Position numbers and translations under genes: made by a program
The notes under the pieces: model-generated
What the model saw: only the letters and a program-made list of their open reading frames with translations
Database searches by the model: none
Told to the model about the DNA's origin: nothing
NCBI GenBank assembly: GCA_951406725.2
Contig: OX597815.1
Coordinates: forward strand, 35,030,001 to 35,094,000
Source of the DNA: Octopus vulgaris
Taxonomy: Eukaryota
Direction of reading: 5' to 3'
DNA length: 64,000 nucleotides
Part shown: positions 41,580-55,719 of the stretch, piece after piece
How the letters are laid out: every line of letters starts with the position of its first letter
Position numbering within the stretch: the stretch's first letter is position 1

Positions 41580-43060
41580 ACTGCTGGAAATCAAGTTCTA
41601 AGGGGAAATATGATATCTATATAGAGTCTCTTGACTGAACCATTGTTCTTATCTAGACCATGTTGGTAAGAAATGAAAGTAGATCTGTTTCTTCTATGGG
41701 AGGTTAAAATATGTTTCGTCGAGACAGTGTATACGGTTTATAGTATTTCCAACCATACAGTTGATATGTGGATTTGTGGCAAATATTTTGTAGCCATTTT
41801 CACAGGTGTATTTGTGAAAAGGGTGGGACTTAGCGATAATCGATTTAATAGATTTACTGGTCTTATTTTTTTAAAATTTCTACAACCTTTATTCCAAGAT
41901 TAAATTCTCGGAAGATTCTCTTAAATTTACTGGCTAATTCATGATTAAGTGTCGCATCTCTAAACAGTATACTAATCTATTATTATCAGACCATGTACTG
42001 GCCTGAACTGTAATATCTCTAACTTATCTATTTCAAATCTTGCTACGTATGAAGGACATGTTCAATCTGCCTCAAATTTTAGAATGTTATTGAAACCTTT
42101 TCTATGTGCCTTTATTCGGTCCGAGGTTATGTGCCTGTGCGTACCCAGACAACTCTATTCTGAACATAAAACACCGAATGTACTTTCGCTTCTCTTAGAT
42201 TTGCTACATTGATAAAACATTCCCCGCCACTCTTCAGAGGTTTGCTATAAAATATGTTCATATTGGAAATTTCCAACATACCAATGTCTTTTTCATCTGA
42301 TTACAATAGTTTTGACTGGGGTTTTCTTTATAATGCGGGTGGAATATGTCAGGTTAAGATGTTGTCCCTTGATGGTTAACTGTTTTATCCTTAAATTGGG
42401 TTTCCACTATGGTTAATCAAATATTTTGGGATTCACAATGAGAGTAAACAATAGTGACATTTATACCACTGCTATTAGTATTCATGGCTTAATCTTCAAA
42501 CAATAATTTCTTAAATTTTACCAGTATATCGTTATAACTAAATATCTGCCACGATTAAATTAAATTTATGATTTTTTTAAATAATTTTTATTCTTGTTTA
42601 TCTTAACGGTGTTCCACCAAAATGATCGAAATAATCGCTTTTCCCATTGATATAATTTAACTTATTCTTATGATGAAATTTTATTTGAAGTTACGTCCGT
42701 AACTTAAATATTACTAGCATAAATAATTTTTCCGAACAAGAACCGAAACTGATGGAGAACTAATCCATATTGTTCACCGGCGATAGTATGGAGATTGTCG
42801 TCTATATTATTTATTTTGACCTCACAAGAGTACACATAATGTCCTATTTTTCCAACATCTAACCTACCGATGTTTCTAAATGGTTTCCTTTCAGACATAA
42901 AGCAAATATTTTCCAATACGTTTTAATCGTAATGACAAGAATGACATTAATTCCTTATGGTTTTCTGCACGACACACTCTAGGGCTTTGGGGATTATAGG
43001 AAACTGTTAAGCTGAAATGCAATTTTTGTTATAGTTTAAGATAGAAGTCAGCAGTTTTGA
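41580..43060 (-). mobile_element. Highly decayed Penelope-like element (RT plus GIY-YIG remnants)
   Basis: Fragments in the expected order: ENICFMSERKPFRNIGRLDVG (cf. NxFxFxxxxYxQxxGLAMG), YSKPLKSG (cf. YxKPxxSG), NLGIKVV, and NCMVGNTINRIHC..IEET (cf. CxxxNVVYxIxC..YIGET); many stops. Confidence 0.4.
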
Positions 43061-43443
43061 TTTTCTATTTTTGTACAATCTGAGCCTTCTGGAGATATTT
43101 GGAAAGGTTCCTGCAGCAGTTACTAAAACATCACGAAGGTTTTATCCGCTGAATCACTCAAAAGCATACATTCAAACGAATCTGACGTTCACAGCAATAC
43201 GTGTGTATGTGTGTATACAATTTTTTTCGATATCTTTTATCCTAGCACCAAGACAATACTTATACTATTCAAAATACCACTGCTATTTCCATACTTGGCT
43301 TAACTTCCGTTATAAAAGACCACGAGGAACTAACTGACATCATTTCCAGGAATGTGACATATCGAATCTAAAGGACCTATCTTCTGGAACGTGACAATGC
43401 AAATAATAACGGGTTCTTTTCAAACATTAAGAATAATGATTTT

Positions 43444-43676
43444 AAAGGCGGCGAGCTGGCAGAATCGATAGCACGCCGGGCGAAATGCGTAGCCGTATTT
43501 CGTCTGCCGTTACGTTCTGAGTTCAAATTCCGCCGAGGTCGACTTTGCCTTTCATCCTTTCGGGGTCGATAAATTAAGTACCAGTTACGCACTGGGGTCG
43601 ATATAATCGACTTAATCCGTTTGTCTGTCCTTGTTTGTCCCTCTCTGTGTTTAGCCCCTTGTGGGTAGTAAAGAAA
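43444..43676 (+). mobile_element. SINE family A, intact young copy with 16-bp TSD
   Basis: ggcggcgagctggcagaatcg..gagttcaaattcc (A/B boxes); TSD taagaataatgatttt at 43428-43443 and 43677-43692. Confidence 0.92.
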
Positions 43677-44307
43677 TAAGAATAATGATTTTGTTAAAAT
43701 TATGATGATTGGTGTATATAGTAATAATAAAATAATAAAACAAATGTTTGAGTAAACAAAACAGGTGTGCAAAACAAATTAGTAATCTTCTCTTGATTTT
43801 ATTTTTTAAAAATACTCCGAATAAAGATCAGCTCTAATATAACTGTAACATGACTGTATTGAATAGGGCGATAATTTTGTAAAGAATCGACTAGTTCGTA
43901 CCCTTTACAATTCATTCTATAGTCCATCACTAATGGTGGATACGCGACATTAAAATAAGACAATGAAATATCTTTTTAATATTTCAAGAGAAACTACGAG
44001 GGAATTGTCAAGTTCTTCCGGGAAGCATTTAAAGCTGTTTTTTTTCTTATTTCGCTGCTCTACCTACCTACGTCCCACCCACCTACCTACCTACCTATCT
44101 ACCTACCTACCTACCTACCTACCTACCTACCTACCTACCTACCTACCTACCTACCTACCTACCTACCTACAAACCTACCTACCTACCTACCTACCTATAT
44201 ACCTACTTACCTACCTTCCTACCTACCTATGTTCATACATACAGACATACATGCATGAGTGCATGCGTGCATGTATACATACATACATACATACATACAT
44301 ACATGCA

Positions 44308-44745
44308 TCTGGGAAATCTAGGGTTTGCTGGAAAAGAAATTAACAAGTTAACACGCATATTACGAATAAAATCTTTATAGAATAAAATCTGTGAGCGAAA
44401 CGCTTAATGTGTACAAAACTTTTCTAAAGTTTAAAATGTGAATTTGTTTTTGTTATCTATATTCCAATGATGGACCCTTGTATCATTGTTAAAATCAGCT
44501 CCTTCTTTACTAGAAGATTTCAAATAATCAAAAATAAAAAGAAGGCCGGCTGATTCGTACATTGCAAGTCAAATCTGTGAGTGGAACAGTAAAAATATGC
44601 AAGAATTTTCTCAAGTTCCAAATGTGAATTTGCCTGTGTTAACTACATCCCAAAGATGAAGCCTTGTATCTTTGTTGGAAACCGGCTCCCTCCTTAGTGG
44701 AAGATTTATAATAATTAAAAAAACATAGAAGAGACATACATACAA
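44308..44745 (+). mobile_element. Two tandem 3'-end fragments of the RLE-type LINE
   Basis: C-termini LGFAGKEINKLTRIL..VYKTFLKFKM* and RLIRTLQVKSVSGTVKICKNFLKFQM*, each followed by a related 3' UTR; (TACA)n before and catacatac after. Confidence 0.75.
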
Positions 44746-44915
44746 GAGCGAAAAAAAAAAACTCGCTGTTGGTTCTAGGAACCGACTGAAATCATATTGG
44801 AACGATCTGCATCCAGAATTAAATCATTTTAGTGCGAAGCAACCACGCCAACAAGCAACATTTGTGGAACATAGGAAGACATTTAGTGAATGTATGTATG
44901 TATGTATGTTTGCGC

Positions 44916-45152
44916 ATGTATGTATATATGCCATTTGTGAGATTTCTCGTGAGTGCTACTGGTAACATGGAATCTAGTACAACCTGTTACATGGTTTATT
45001 TAAAAAAAGATCTGAAATTAATATATATATAAAGCCTAGTGGGAGTACAGGTTGAGACGGCGACAACCCGACCATGTAACAGGTTGTACTAGTAGCACTC
45101 ATGTTACCAGTAGCACTCATGAGAAATCTCACAAATGGCATATATACATACA
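44916..45152. repeat. Near-perfect inverted repeat (arms of about 80 bp, 75-bp spacer)
   Basis: tatatgccatttgtgagatttctc.tgagtgctactggtaacatg...ctagtacaacctgttacatggt versus its reverse complement starting at 45071. Confidence 0.9.
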
Positions 45153-45185
45153 TACATACATACATACATACAAAAATACACTATT

Positions 45186-45600
45186 ATTGATGTTGAAATT
45201 GCAATGAAGGAGTCTTGTATCTAGGTTAGAAAGCGGTTCTTTCTATATTGGCAAGAAATCTTGAAATAAAACTGAACAATGACATGCATACATACAAGCG
45301 CACTATAATGGTTTGGCCTAGATTATAAATTTACATTTAAATTTGTATCTTTAATTACTAAGGTAAAGATTAAACTAGAGAAGTCGGCTTTCCAGAAAGT
45401 AAACATCTAGTTTGTATTCTGAAAACTGTAAAGCGAACTGTGAAAATATGTAAGCCATTTTTCTGACATTCAAAATGTAACTTTTCAATGTTGTATCTAA
45501 ATTCCAGCAATGAAGCTTTGTTTGTTTTTTAGAAATCAGCTCCCCATTTATGGGAAAATTCAAATGTAAAAAGATAGAGACAGATATAAATAGATACACA
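45186..45600 (+). mobile_element. RLE-LINE 3' UTR fragment (45186-45282) and a further C-terminus plus UTR fragment (about 45375-45600)
   Basis: 45186-45282 closely matches 46236-46332; the second piece encodes VGFPESKHLVCIL..TVKICK..FKM*; both are followed by TACA repeats. Confidence 0.7.
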
Positions 45601-45637
45601 TACATACATACATACATACATACATACATACATACAT

Positions 45638-45704
<67 letters not shown>

Positions 45705-46132
45705 TACACGAATACATACGTGAATATACACACATACAGAAGTCACTGAAATTACAAGATAAGTATTTATCTAAACCACTTATGATAACGATGTGTATAA
45801 AATCTCTATTACAATTGCAGCTGAAAGTTACCAGATTTTTTTTTTTCTGTAGACTTAGGCTAAAGAATAATTCTATAGTCTTCAAGAGTGTGTGTGTCAA
45901 TAGATATTATTATAGCCAACTATTTAGAGCAGAATAATAACACATTTTAATCTGTATGTATTACCTCGTTTCTTCGTTTCCTTCTTCCTTTCCTTTCCGC
46001 AGTTTCCATCTCCTGTTACACACATAAACACATACACGCTCGCACATATACATACGTACATACACACATACATACATACATACATACATACATACATACA
46101 TACATACATACATACATACATACATACATACA

Positions 46133-46166
<34 letters not shown>

Positions 46167-46235
46167 CATACGTACATACGTACATACATACATACATACA
46201 TACATACATACATACATTCATACATATACATACAT

Positions 46236-46332
46236 GTTGATGTTGAAATTCCAATGAAGGCGACTCGGATCTAGGTTAGAAACCAGCTCTTTTTCTATTG
46301 GCAAGAAATCTTGAAATAAAACTGAATAATAA
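46236..46332 (+). mobile_element. RLE-LINE terminal 3' UTR fragment embedded in (TACA)n
   Basis: gttgatgttgaaattccaatgaagg..gatctaggttagaaaccagctct..ggcaagaaatcttgaaataaaactgaataataa, with (TACA)n on both sides. Confidence 0.75.
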
Positions 46333-46646
46333 CATACATACATACATACATACATACATACATACATACATACATACATACATACATACATACATGGATT
46401 ATGCATGATTATGGACTTGCAGTGTTATAAATTGCAATGCAGTCGAGAGTGTGCTCAATACTGAGAGTAGAGTTGAGGAACATTTGTTCAAATGTGACTC
46501 TATGTGACACGCTCCTCAATGTTTCTCGACTTCGATCCTTAAATAGCTGAATATCCACACATAATTTGTCTTTCATACACTGGATCAGGCGTATTTCTTT
46601 GTATCAGTTGACAACTAAATATCTAAATAAATATATATACATAATT

Positions 46647-46712
<66 letters not shown>

Positions 46713-47166
46713 TTATACATACAGACAATAAAAGTCACGCACATATTCACGCATTTACATATATATATATATACACACATACACACACACATGCACAGAC
46801 GAATACACACACATACACACACACACACATACACACACACACTTATATACATGCAATATTTATCAGCGATCAAATATGGCGTGATTGAATATATACGTAT
46901 AAACATTCATGCGTACATAATAATACACAAACATACACACACACATAGATACATACATACATACATATATATACATACATACATACACACACATACATAC
47001 ACGTACACATACATACATACATACATACGTAGCACACTCACACACACATACACACATACACACACACATATGTATATACATATATATATATATATATATG
47101 TTTGTATTACTATCTATCAATGTATCTCTTTATCTTTGTCGATCTCCGTCCCCCTCTCTCTCTCTC

Positions 47167-47244
<78 letters not shown>

Positions 47245-47330
47245 TATATATGCATATGAATATATATGCTTGTATATATACACATATATGTATGTATGTA
47301 TATAAGTATATATATATTCAAAGTAACATA

Positions 47331-47373
<43 letters not shown>

Positions 47374-47421
47374 AATAAGTGTATATAAGTATGTGTATAT
47401 AAGCGTGTATTCATGATGTCT

Positions 47422-47459
<38 letters not shown>

Positions 47460-47953
47460 TCGTTTGTGCCTGTGACTGTTTATCTCTGTTACTTTTTTTA
47501 GTATTGTTGTCGTATACGTATATACAACCTGAAGTACAAACAGCACAGTTGGTGAGATAATAACATAAACAACTCATTATTCCAAATATTCTTCGACAAA
47601 GTTTAGTGTACCGAGAATATTATTCAAACAATTTCTGACCCACTTTACATAAAAGTACGTCAGCATAGAATTTCAGTCATCCATACATACGCACGTGCCT
47701 ACTTTTAGTTCAGCTTGTTTTCTGTTACTGGACTGCCGCCATGCTGGAGTACTGCATTGAGTGTTTCAGATCATTAGTTTTTGCCTCAATACTTATTTTA
47801 AGTCAGACACTTTGGCTAAAGCGAAAACGAACGAACCAACACGAGTCGCGAGACGCTGTGAATCAAATACAGCGAAGAATACATACACATACATATGCAT
47901 AGATAGAACACACACGCACATATATAAATGTATATATGTGTGTGCGTGCGAGC

Positions 47954-47992
<39 letters not shown>

Positions 47993-48473
47993 TTATTATT
48001 TGAGGGAATAAAATCCAAACTTACAAGGAAAATGAATTCAATTTAGAAATACTAAATCAAATTCCACACAATACAATATACATATAAAATTTAATTATTC
48101 ATTTTGAATTGATAAAGGGTGTTTTTTTTCTAATATTATATATATATATATATATATGCCTCGATGTCGCCTGGTCGGAAATATGGAGGGTAAGATTTCC
48201 TAACATTTCTAGATTTATCGGAATATTATGTTGATGAAGGAAATGAATCTTTGATTCTAATCCAGAAACGTATGCGTCCATAATTGACCGTGGACTGTTT
48301 GATTTCGTTATTTTTTTTCGTTTTTTTTTGTTTTTTTGCCATATAATGAGTTACAAATACTGCTGTCGATGGGGGCATATTTTTGTAGTAAAAGAAATAA
48401 CAGTCCTCTGGCTGCTATTTCTAATACTTTCGGTATGTGGTCTAGCAACTTGTTGCAAAGACCCTCATTGTTA

Positions 48474-48512
<39 letters not shown>

Positions 48513-49084
48513 GAGATATTTCGAAAATTACTGCCTAGTCGGGACCAGTGAAAAGTAAATGTCTTTAAAGCCAGGGCTAAATGAAATATCTTTAATAGAT
48601 ATTCACGAGTTATCCCTTGTCTTCAAATCTTGTGCGAACAAAGGAACACCTACGTGGTCACACCAAGATGGTAGAAATGACAGCCAATTTTTTTAATCCT
48701 AAATATCTTTCTTACTGTCTTAGAAACGAAATACCCGTTAGCGTCTCGTCTTATACCCACAAATTGAAACAACAGTGAGTTCAGCAGGACTATAGCTACT
48801 GGAAATCTTCACTATTATGTCACACACCAGTCTTACAGCCTGAGCAGCTGTCGTAGTTGTTTGTGTGGAAGTGAGTGGTGGCTGTGATGGGTTGTGAGGA
48901 GAGTGTTGTTGATAGTAGTGTTGATATTGTGGTGATAGTGGTGGCCTGTGTGTTGTTGATTTTCGTTTAGCCATTGGTTAACGTTTGAAGAAAGAATGCA
49001 AGACAGAGAGAGTGATAAGATATATATATATATATATATATATATTTTATATCTCACGAGCTGTGGCCATGCTGGGGCACCGCC

Positions 49085-49129
<45 letters not shown>

Positions 49130-49134
<5 letters not shown>

Positions 49135-49340
49135 TAATCCAAACATGAAAACACAAAGAGAAAACACAACAACGCGAGGACGTGGAACAAATATAGTAAT
49201 ATTGGACGTTCAGGAAGGAAGGGAAGAAGGAGGGTTTAATGTTTCGAGCGGAGCTCTTCGTCAGAAACATAAGAAAAGGAAAGATCCAGAGAAGGGAAGA
49301 CGGAGGGGAAAAAATTGGCAACGGTACACACGCGGTCACA
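49130..49340 (-). mobile_element. Short Penelope pLTR-like repeat with a hammerhead motif at 49234-49268
   Basis: Minus strand GTTT-CTGACGA-A-GAGC-tcc-GCTC-GAAAC-ATT-AAAC; homologous to 62800-63050; abuts (TA)n. Confidence 0.65.
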
Positions 49341-49990
49341 AAAGAGAGAGAGAGAAATAGATAAAGAGATTGTCAAATATGTTTCAGTTGTCTTAATCCT
49401 ATCAGTTTTTCTTACGTAATGTATCTTATATGTATGTCCTTTGCATTTATAAGATGCCGAGGAGTGCAACTTTTAAAAGATTTGGCTGTTATTTCATGCA
49501 ATTTAAAAGAAAACGAATGTACAGCAATTTCATCATTTGATTTCTCACGACCATGGTTGTTGCTGTTGTTACTGTTCTTGTTGATGATGATGATATGGGC
49601 GATACTGTATCATTATCTCTACATTTGGTGTCATACATATGTACTTCCTATCTGATTCTGTATTTGTGTCAATGGATAAGAAGATATCTAAATACCTTTT
49701 AGCTTTGTCAAACTGTGGATAGCTGCTGACCGAGAAACAGCAACATGCAAAGCATAGCAGTTTAGTATTCATAGATTTTAATAGTATCTTCTCAAACGGA
49801 AGATAAGAATACAAAAGTTGGAAACGTAGGTATGATTCTGGTGTTAATATTTGCGAGGTCTTAGTCGACATCTACAATCAGTTCTCTTCCGTTTTTAATG
49901 TTCCTACACCCCTCCCATACTCCTTTCTCTGTTTGTATATCGATCTGCTTTCCCCCAGTCCCCCCCTCTCTCTCTCACTCACTCACTCAC

Positions 49991-50054
<64 letters not shown>

Positions 50055-50092
50055 ATTATCCATCTATCTATTTAACTATGTATGTATGTATG

Positions 50093-50421
<329 letters not shown>

Positions 50422-50443
50422 TTATCTATCTATCTATCTATCA

Positions 50444-50515
<72 letters not shown>

Positions 50516-50517
<2 letters not shown>

Positions 50518-52327
50518 GAAACTGGTCGACAAGGCGCAAACATGCGCCGTGCCAGGCCGGACCATCCATGACAACCTCCATCTGATGCGCTACATCATAG
50601 ACAGGGTAGTTAACGAACCTGGCATGGGTGGGGCCCTGATCAACTTGGATCAATCGAAAGCCTTTGATAGGGTAGACCATCGATACTTGGGGGCAGTCCT
50701 GAGAGCGGCTGGTTTCGGTCCCGTTTTCCGCGGATGGATAGCTGCCTTGTACAGAGGCATCCGTTCGGTAATTCGCGTAAATGGACATCTATCGAGACCT
50801 TTTGACATTGCACGTTCGGTCCGTCAGGGATGCCCCCTCTCGGCGCTTCTATACGTATTGACTCTTGAGCCACTACTGCGGAAGCTGGCGACTCTAAGGG
50901 GCATCCCGCGAGAATTGGGATGCGGGACGAGCGTGTCTGCATACGCGGACGACGTCACCGTCATAGTGTCTAGCCACGAGCACATCGAGCTGGTCGGCGA
51001 GACACTGAAAAACTACGAAGCGGTTACAGGAGCGAAAATCAACCGGGAAAAGTCAGTGGGCTTGCGACTAGGCACCTGGAGAAGCAAGCCCATGCCGTCC
51101 ACCAGCGCCTCCGTCGTGGGACGCTGGACCGACGGCCCGGTTGAGTTGCTCGGGGTCTGGTTTGGTCCGGACCTCCAAGTGGAGAAGAACTGGAACGAGA
51201 TAACGAGTAGGGTGGTCACTCTCGCCCGGCAATGGGCCGAGAGGAAACTGTCCCTAAAAGGTCGAGCGGAGGTGGCGAACACGTACATCGCGTCCGTCAT
51301 CTACTACCGCCTGACCGTCGTACCTTGTCCCGACCCTACCATCACCAAACTACAACGCATCCTCTTTCGCTTCTTGTGGAAAGGATGCGTCCCGATGGTC
51401 AGGCGATCCATTTGCTGTCAACACCCGTTAAAAGGAGGGCTGGGCATGCCGTGGTTGATGATGCGCAGACACGCGCTGAGACTGCGGCATCTCTGGCTCT
51501 ATGTAGACGACGGTGAACAGGTGTGGTCGCCGTTTGTGAGGCACGCTTTCCCGCAGCTCGTCTCCATGACCGAACTGCAGTCGTGGATCAAAAAGAGGCC
51601 GAGGAAGGGCGAATGGCACCGCGAGTGTCGCGTTGCTCTCAAGCAACTCTGCCGTCCTGGGTCGACCTTAAGTGACTTCAACACAACCAAAGCATTCTAT
51701 AGGGGTTTAGTGGAGGGGAGGTACGACGACGAGCTCGGGGCGAACCTGGACGTCGACGAGGAGTACCTGACCCGCCTGTTCAGGACGACTTTCGGGCCAG
51801 GGCCCATGGACAACTTCCAGAGATCCCTGGCCTGGCAGTGCTACCGAGAAGCGCTACCCGTTCGGGATAAGCTCTACAGACACGGCTCGAGAAACACGGG
51901 GCCGACCTGCCCGAGATGCGGTCAGAGCGACGAAACCGTTCTGCACGCACTCGTTCAGTGTCCAACAATTTCCGACCTGTGGGCTTATGTCGAACAACTG
52001 CTGTCACGTGTGGGACGAGTCGGTTTATCAGCTGAGTCTATCGTCAATATTGTCACGCCTCCTTCCTTCAAACGGGAAGGAAGAGCTATTTTCATCATCC
52101 TTGTGGCTATGGCGAAAGAATGTATCTGGTGGACGCGTCTGAAAGGATTGGAGACAAACACTTTCCTCTCTGGTCAATCTCTCATCAACTTCTTCAAGTA
52201 CCACTTGAAAAGGAAAGTGAGAGTAGAGAGGCAAGTTTTGTCTAGCGAATGTTTTAAAAAAAGATGGGTGAATGTAGCAAGAATGGCACGTATGAATGAC
52301 GAAGCCACCTTGAGCATAGTCCTATGA
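50516..52327 (+). CDS. Truncated ORF2: reverse transcriptase plus C-terminal zinc-binding domain (603 aa, no endonuclease)
   Basis: QTCAVPGRTIHDN, LDQSKAFDRVDH, SVRQGCPLS, AYADDV, KINREKS, LLGVWF, LSLKGR, KGGLG and CPRC..ETVLHALVQC (zf-RVT-type CCHC); no stops or frameshifts. Confidence 0.92.
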
Positions 52328-52712
52328 ACCCAGAAATCGAAAACAGAGAGTTGCTTATTTGCAAAAAAAAAAAAAAAAAAAAAGAAATATAAAATGTGAC
52401 TTCATTGACCGAGGTTACCGTGGTCTTTTCCGTAGGCTTTTCTTTCCACGGGTAAACCTCACCTGTCCTCCCCTTTACACTTCATATTGACATTTCTGTG
52501 ATAACGATCCCTATTGATCAATTTCCCCCCCCCTTTTTTTAACCCCCCTTTTTTTGTCCTCTTTACCACCTTTTACGAACCCTTTTGATCTAAACTCCCC
52601 CTTCCTTTTTTTTTTTTTTTTTTTTTTTAAACCTTCAAAAGAAAAGCTCTACCTTGTAATTTGTTCTATCTGTGTGCAGCCCTGTGTGGCTAATAAAGAA
52701 ACATATCTATCT
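50516..52712 (+). mobile_element. Young 5'-truncated Tx1/L1-clade non-LTR retrotransposon
   Basis: GC-rich island; open ORF2 remnant; T-rich 3' UTR with AATAAA ending in ATATCTATCT; 5' junction directly in (TCTA)n. Confidence 0.93.
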
Positions 52713-53180
52713 TAAAGCTCAGCCAGTACATATGTTTTTATAAGATCTAATACACTAAGGGATCTTCAAATAGCAAATAGTTTCATCATATAGCAATCCA
52801 CATGTCCTAATTTTGCCTTGGTGTTTCTTAAATTGCGTGATTTCAAACTAGCTATTCTCATCACAGGTTATTTTCATTTTCTTCTAAACTAATGCATGAG
52901 AGAATCATAACTTTGCCGGAGAGTAGGGAATTAGAATGTTGCTGTAGGACGTTTTTATCATCGGGTGAAAAGTTGTTCCCAGTATTGGCATATGAAAAAT
53001 CATATATCTTTGCAGTTTTCATCCATAACGAATTACAGCTTAATGAAATCAGTGAATAAAAACAATTTTGCGCCAGCGCAGCAACATGCACTCACACTTA
53101 AACGTATTCAGAAACAGTCTTACACACATTTTCATTCATAAAGATGAAACAATAACTGTGTGTGTATATATATATAAATA

Positions 53181-53285
<105 letters not shown>

Positions 53286-53475
53286 TGAAATACACCACGA
53301 CGTCTACGAACTTTTAACCTTGAACTTGTTTGTAAAAACTGTCACTTTCGCTCTCCTTGTTTTTTTCTGTGTATCTTTCTGTCAAATATTTCTATTCCTG
53401 AGCACCATACTAATACATTTGTTTGTTTGTACTCCACCTGCCATCGTCTTTTGTTTATTTTCGTAAACCTTCCCG

Positions 53476-53513
<38 letters not shown>

Positions 53514-53619
53514 TAATTGGGTTCTTCATCTTCACTGATTATTACCGTTTCATTATTCTTCCTCGTTGTCAGTGTCATTTTCTGACCTTCCGTCTATGGC
53601 CTCTCAGATGACTTAGATC

Positions 53620-54185
53620 TCGTTGCAGATCTCGCTGCAGATCTGCATAATTTGATGCACGAGTGACGGACGAAAGTTGTAAATCTACTGAACAGTTCGG
53701 GTCACTTTGTGGAATATGATGCTTGTGTACTGTCATATGTCTTTTCAGGCCTATAATCGATATGCAAAATTTTCAACTTATTACACACGTTGAATTACTT
53801 GGTTTAAGAGGGAGGCCATTGCATATAATTGCTCTTTCATAGGAATTCAAATAGTAGAAGGTGATCATCTTCAAAAGTTTCACTACGTTACCTAATATAT
53901 GTTGCCTCCATTCAGCTCTTTCCACAGCAAACTCTTGTCAGTTCTTTATAACCGTTCGAAGTTCTAGATTACCTTTTATACAGCAATTGTACCTTTTCCT
54001 TGGTTTGTGCCGAGGACGCTTTCCTAGGCGCAGTTCACTGAGGAACAGCTGCCAGGAAAAAACTGTTATTTTCCATACGTACATCATGGCCTATCTGACT
54101 TATATGAATGGATATGAGGAGTGACTCATTGCTTGTGCATGCTGCCTTTGCAAGGATTTCTATGTCAGGTATTTTAATTTGCCCA
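53620..54185 (-). mobile_element. Decayed RTE-clade LINE 3' end
   Basis: KIPDIEILAKA..SNESLL..IGHDVRMEN / QLFLSELRLGKRPRHKPRKRY..AVERAEWR match the RTE pattern KIPNxEVL..GHVxRM..QLFYGEL..GKR..GRPxKRY..AxDRxxWR. Confidence 0.7.
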
Positions 54186-54234
54186 CCCACCTCTACACGC
54201 GCACACACACACACATACACATACACACACATAC

Positions 54235-54269
<35 letters not shown>

Positions 54270-54311
54270 TGTATGTATGTATGGATGGATGGATGGATGT
54301 ATGTATGTATG

Positions 54312-54345
<34 letters not shown>

Positions 54346-54765
54346 TGTATGTATGTATGTATGTATGTATGTATGTATGTATAATTATAGTTTCTATTGA
54401 GAAGGCCGTCATGTTTTGCCTAAAAGCGTATCCATTCGGGTCGATGTGATTGGATGAATGAGCCGTCAGGCTTGAAGTCCCAGTCAACACGAAATTAATC
54501 ATGAATTTGACTCTACTCTCAGTATTAAATCGTCCTAACAGCAACAGTTCCATGGTTGTTCTTAAAGTAGATCTAAGATGTTAGCCTAACTTTTACACAC
54601 ATACATACTTATAAGTATATACATATGCACATATATATATATATTAATGTGTGTGTGTGCGTATGTGTGTGTGTATACAAACACATCACACATACATGCA
54701 CATATATATGTATCTGCATTTAAATGTGTCTCTATACATATATGCATACAAACATATGCATATAG

Positions 54766-54868
<103 letters not shown>

Positions 54869-55182
54869 TGTGTGTTTGTGTGTGTGTGTATAAAATAGAA
54901 AAGGAAGATATATATAACAATTTCCAATTCCCTATTTTCTTTATATGCATATATAGATACGTACATACATACATATATACATACTTGGTCTCTTATATTT
55001 AAGCATATGTATATACATATACATATATATATATATACATACTTACATATATATAGTTAGAATTTAAAAAACAAACAAAAAAACAAAAGACGAAGATGGG
55101 TGTTAAACAACGAAAACATGTAATAGTTGAACGCTCGGGAAGTGATACATACATACATATATACACACATAGACACAAACAC

Positions 55183-55213
<31 letters not shown>

Positions 55214-55719
55214 TGTATGTATGTATGTATGTATGTATGTATGTATGTATGTACGTGCGTACGGATGGAAGGATGAATGGATGGATGGATGTATGTGTGT
55301 GTTTGTGTGTTTGTGTATCTGTGTGCGTATATCAGTAGATGTTTACATAAATGTCTGTTTCTTACAGACCAATGTTCAAAGTCTTGCATTATCATCATTC
55401 ATTTATTATTTTTTTTTTGCATGCATGCATGTATATGCATGCATGTTTATGTGCAGATGTTTGACGGTTATATTAAGTGCTAAACTTACATAAGTGATAT
55501 TGCATAATGTCTTATATACATGCAACATCATGCACGTCACATGTTCAATAATAGGTGGGGGGCTTTTTTCCCTCCTTTCTTTCGAATTGCTTACGTCGAT
55601 ATTGTTTGAATTTCTAGAATAAATTTTGATTCCTTTCATCTTAGATATTGCTATCTAAAAAGCCTTTATTTTTTTTTTACAGTTCTCTTTTTTTTTCTAT
55701 TCTTACAACCGTACTTATT

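Noticed and set aside
50516-52327. Bacterial RT system (retron, group II intron, DGR) or contamination, suggested by high GC
   Set aside because: Motifs and the C-terminal CCHC finger are L1/Tx1-type, with AATAAA, a related 3' UTR copy upstream and seamless microsatellite flanks.
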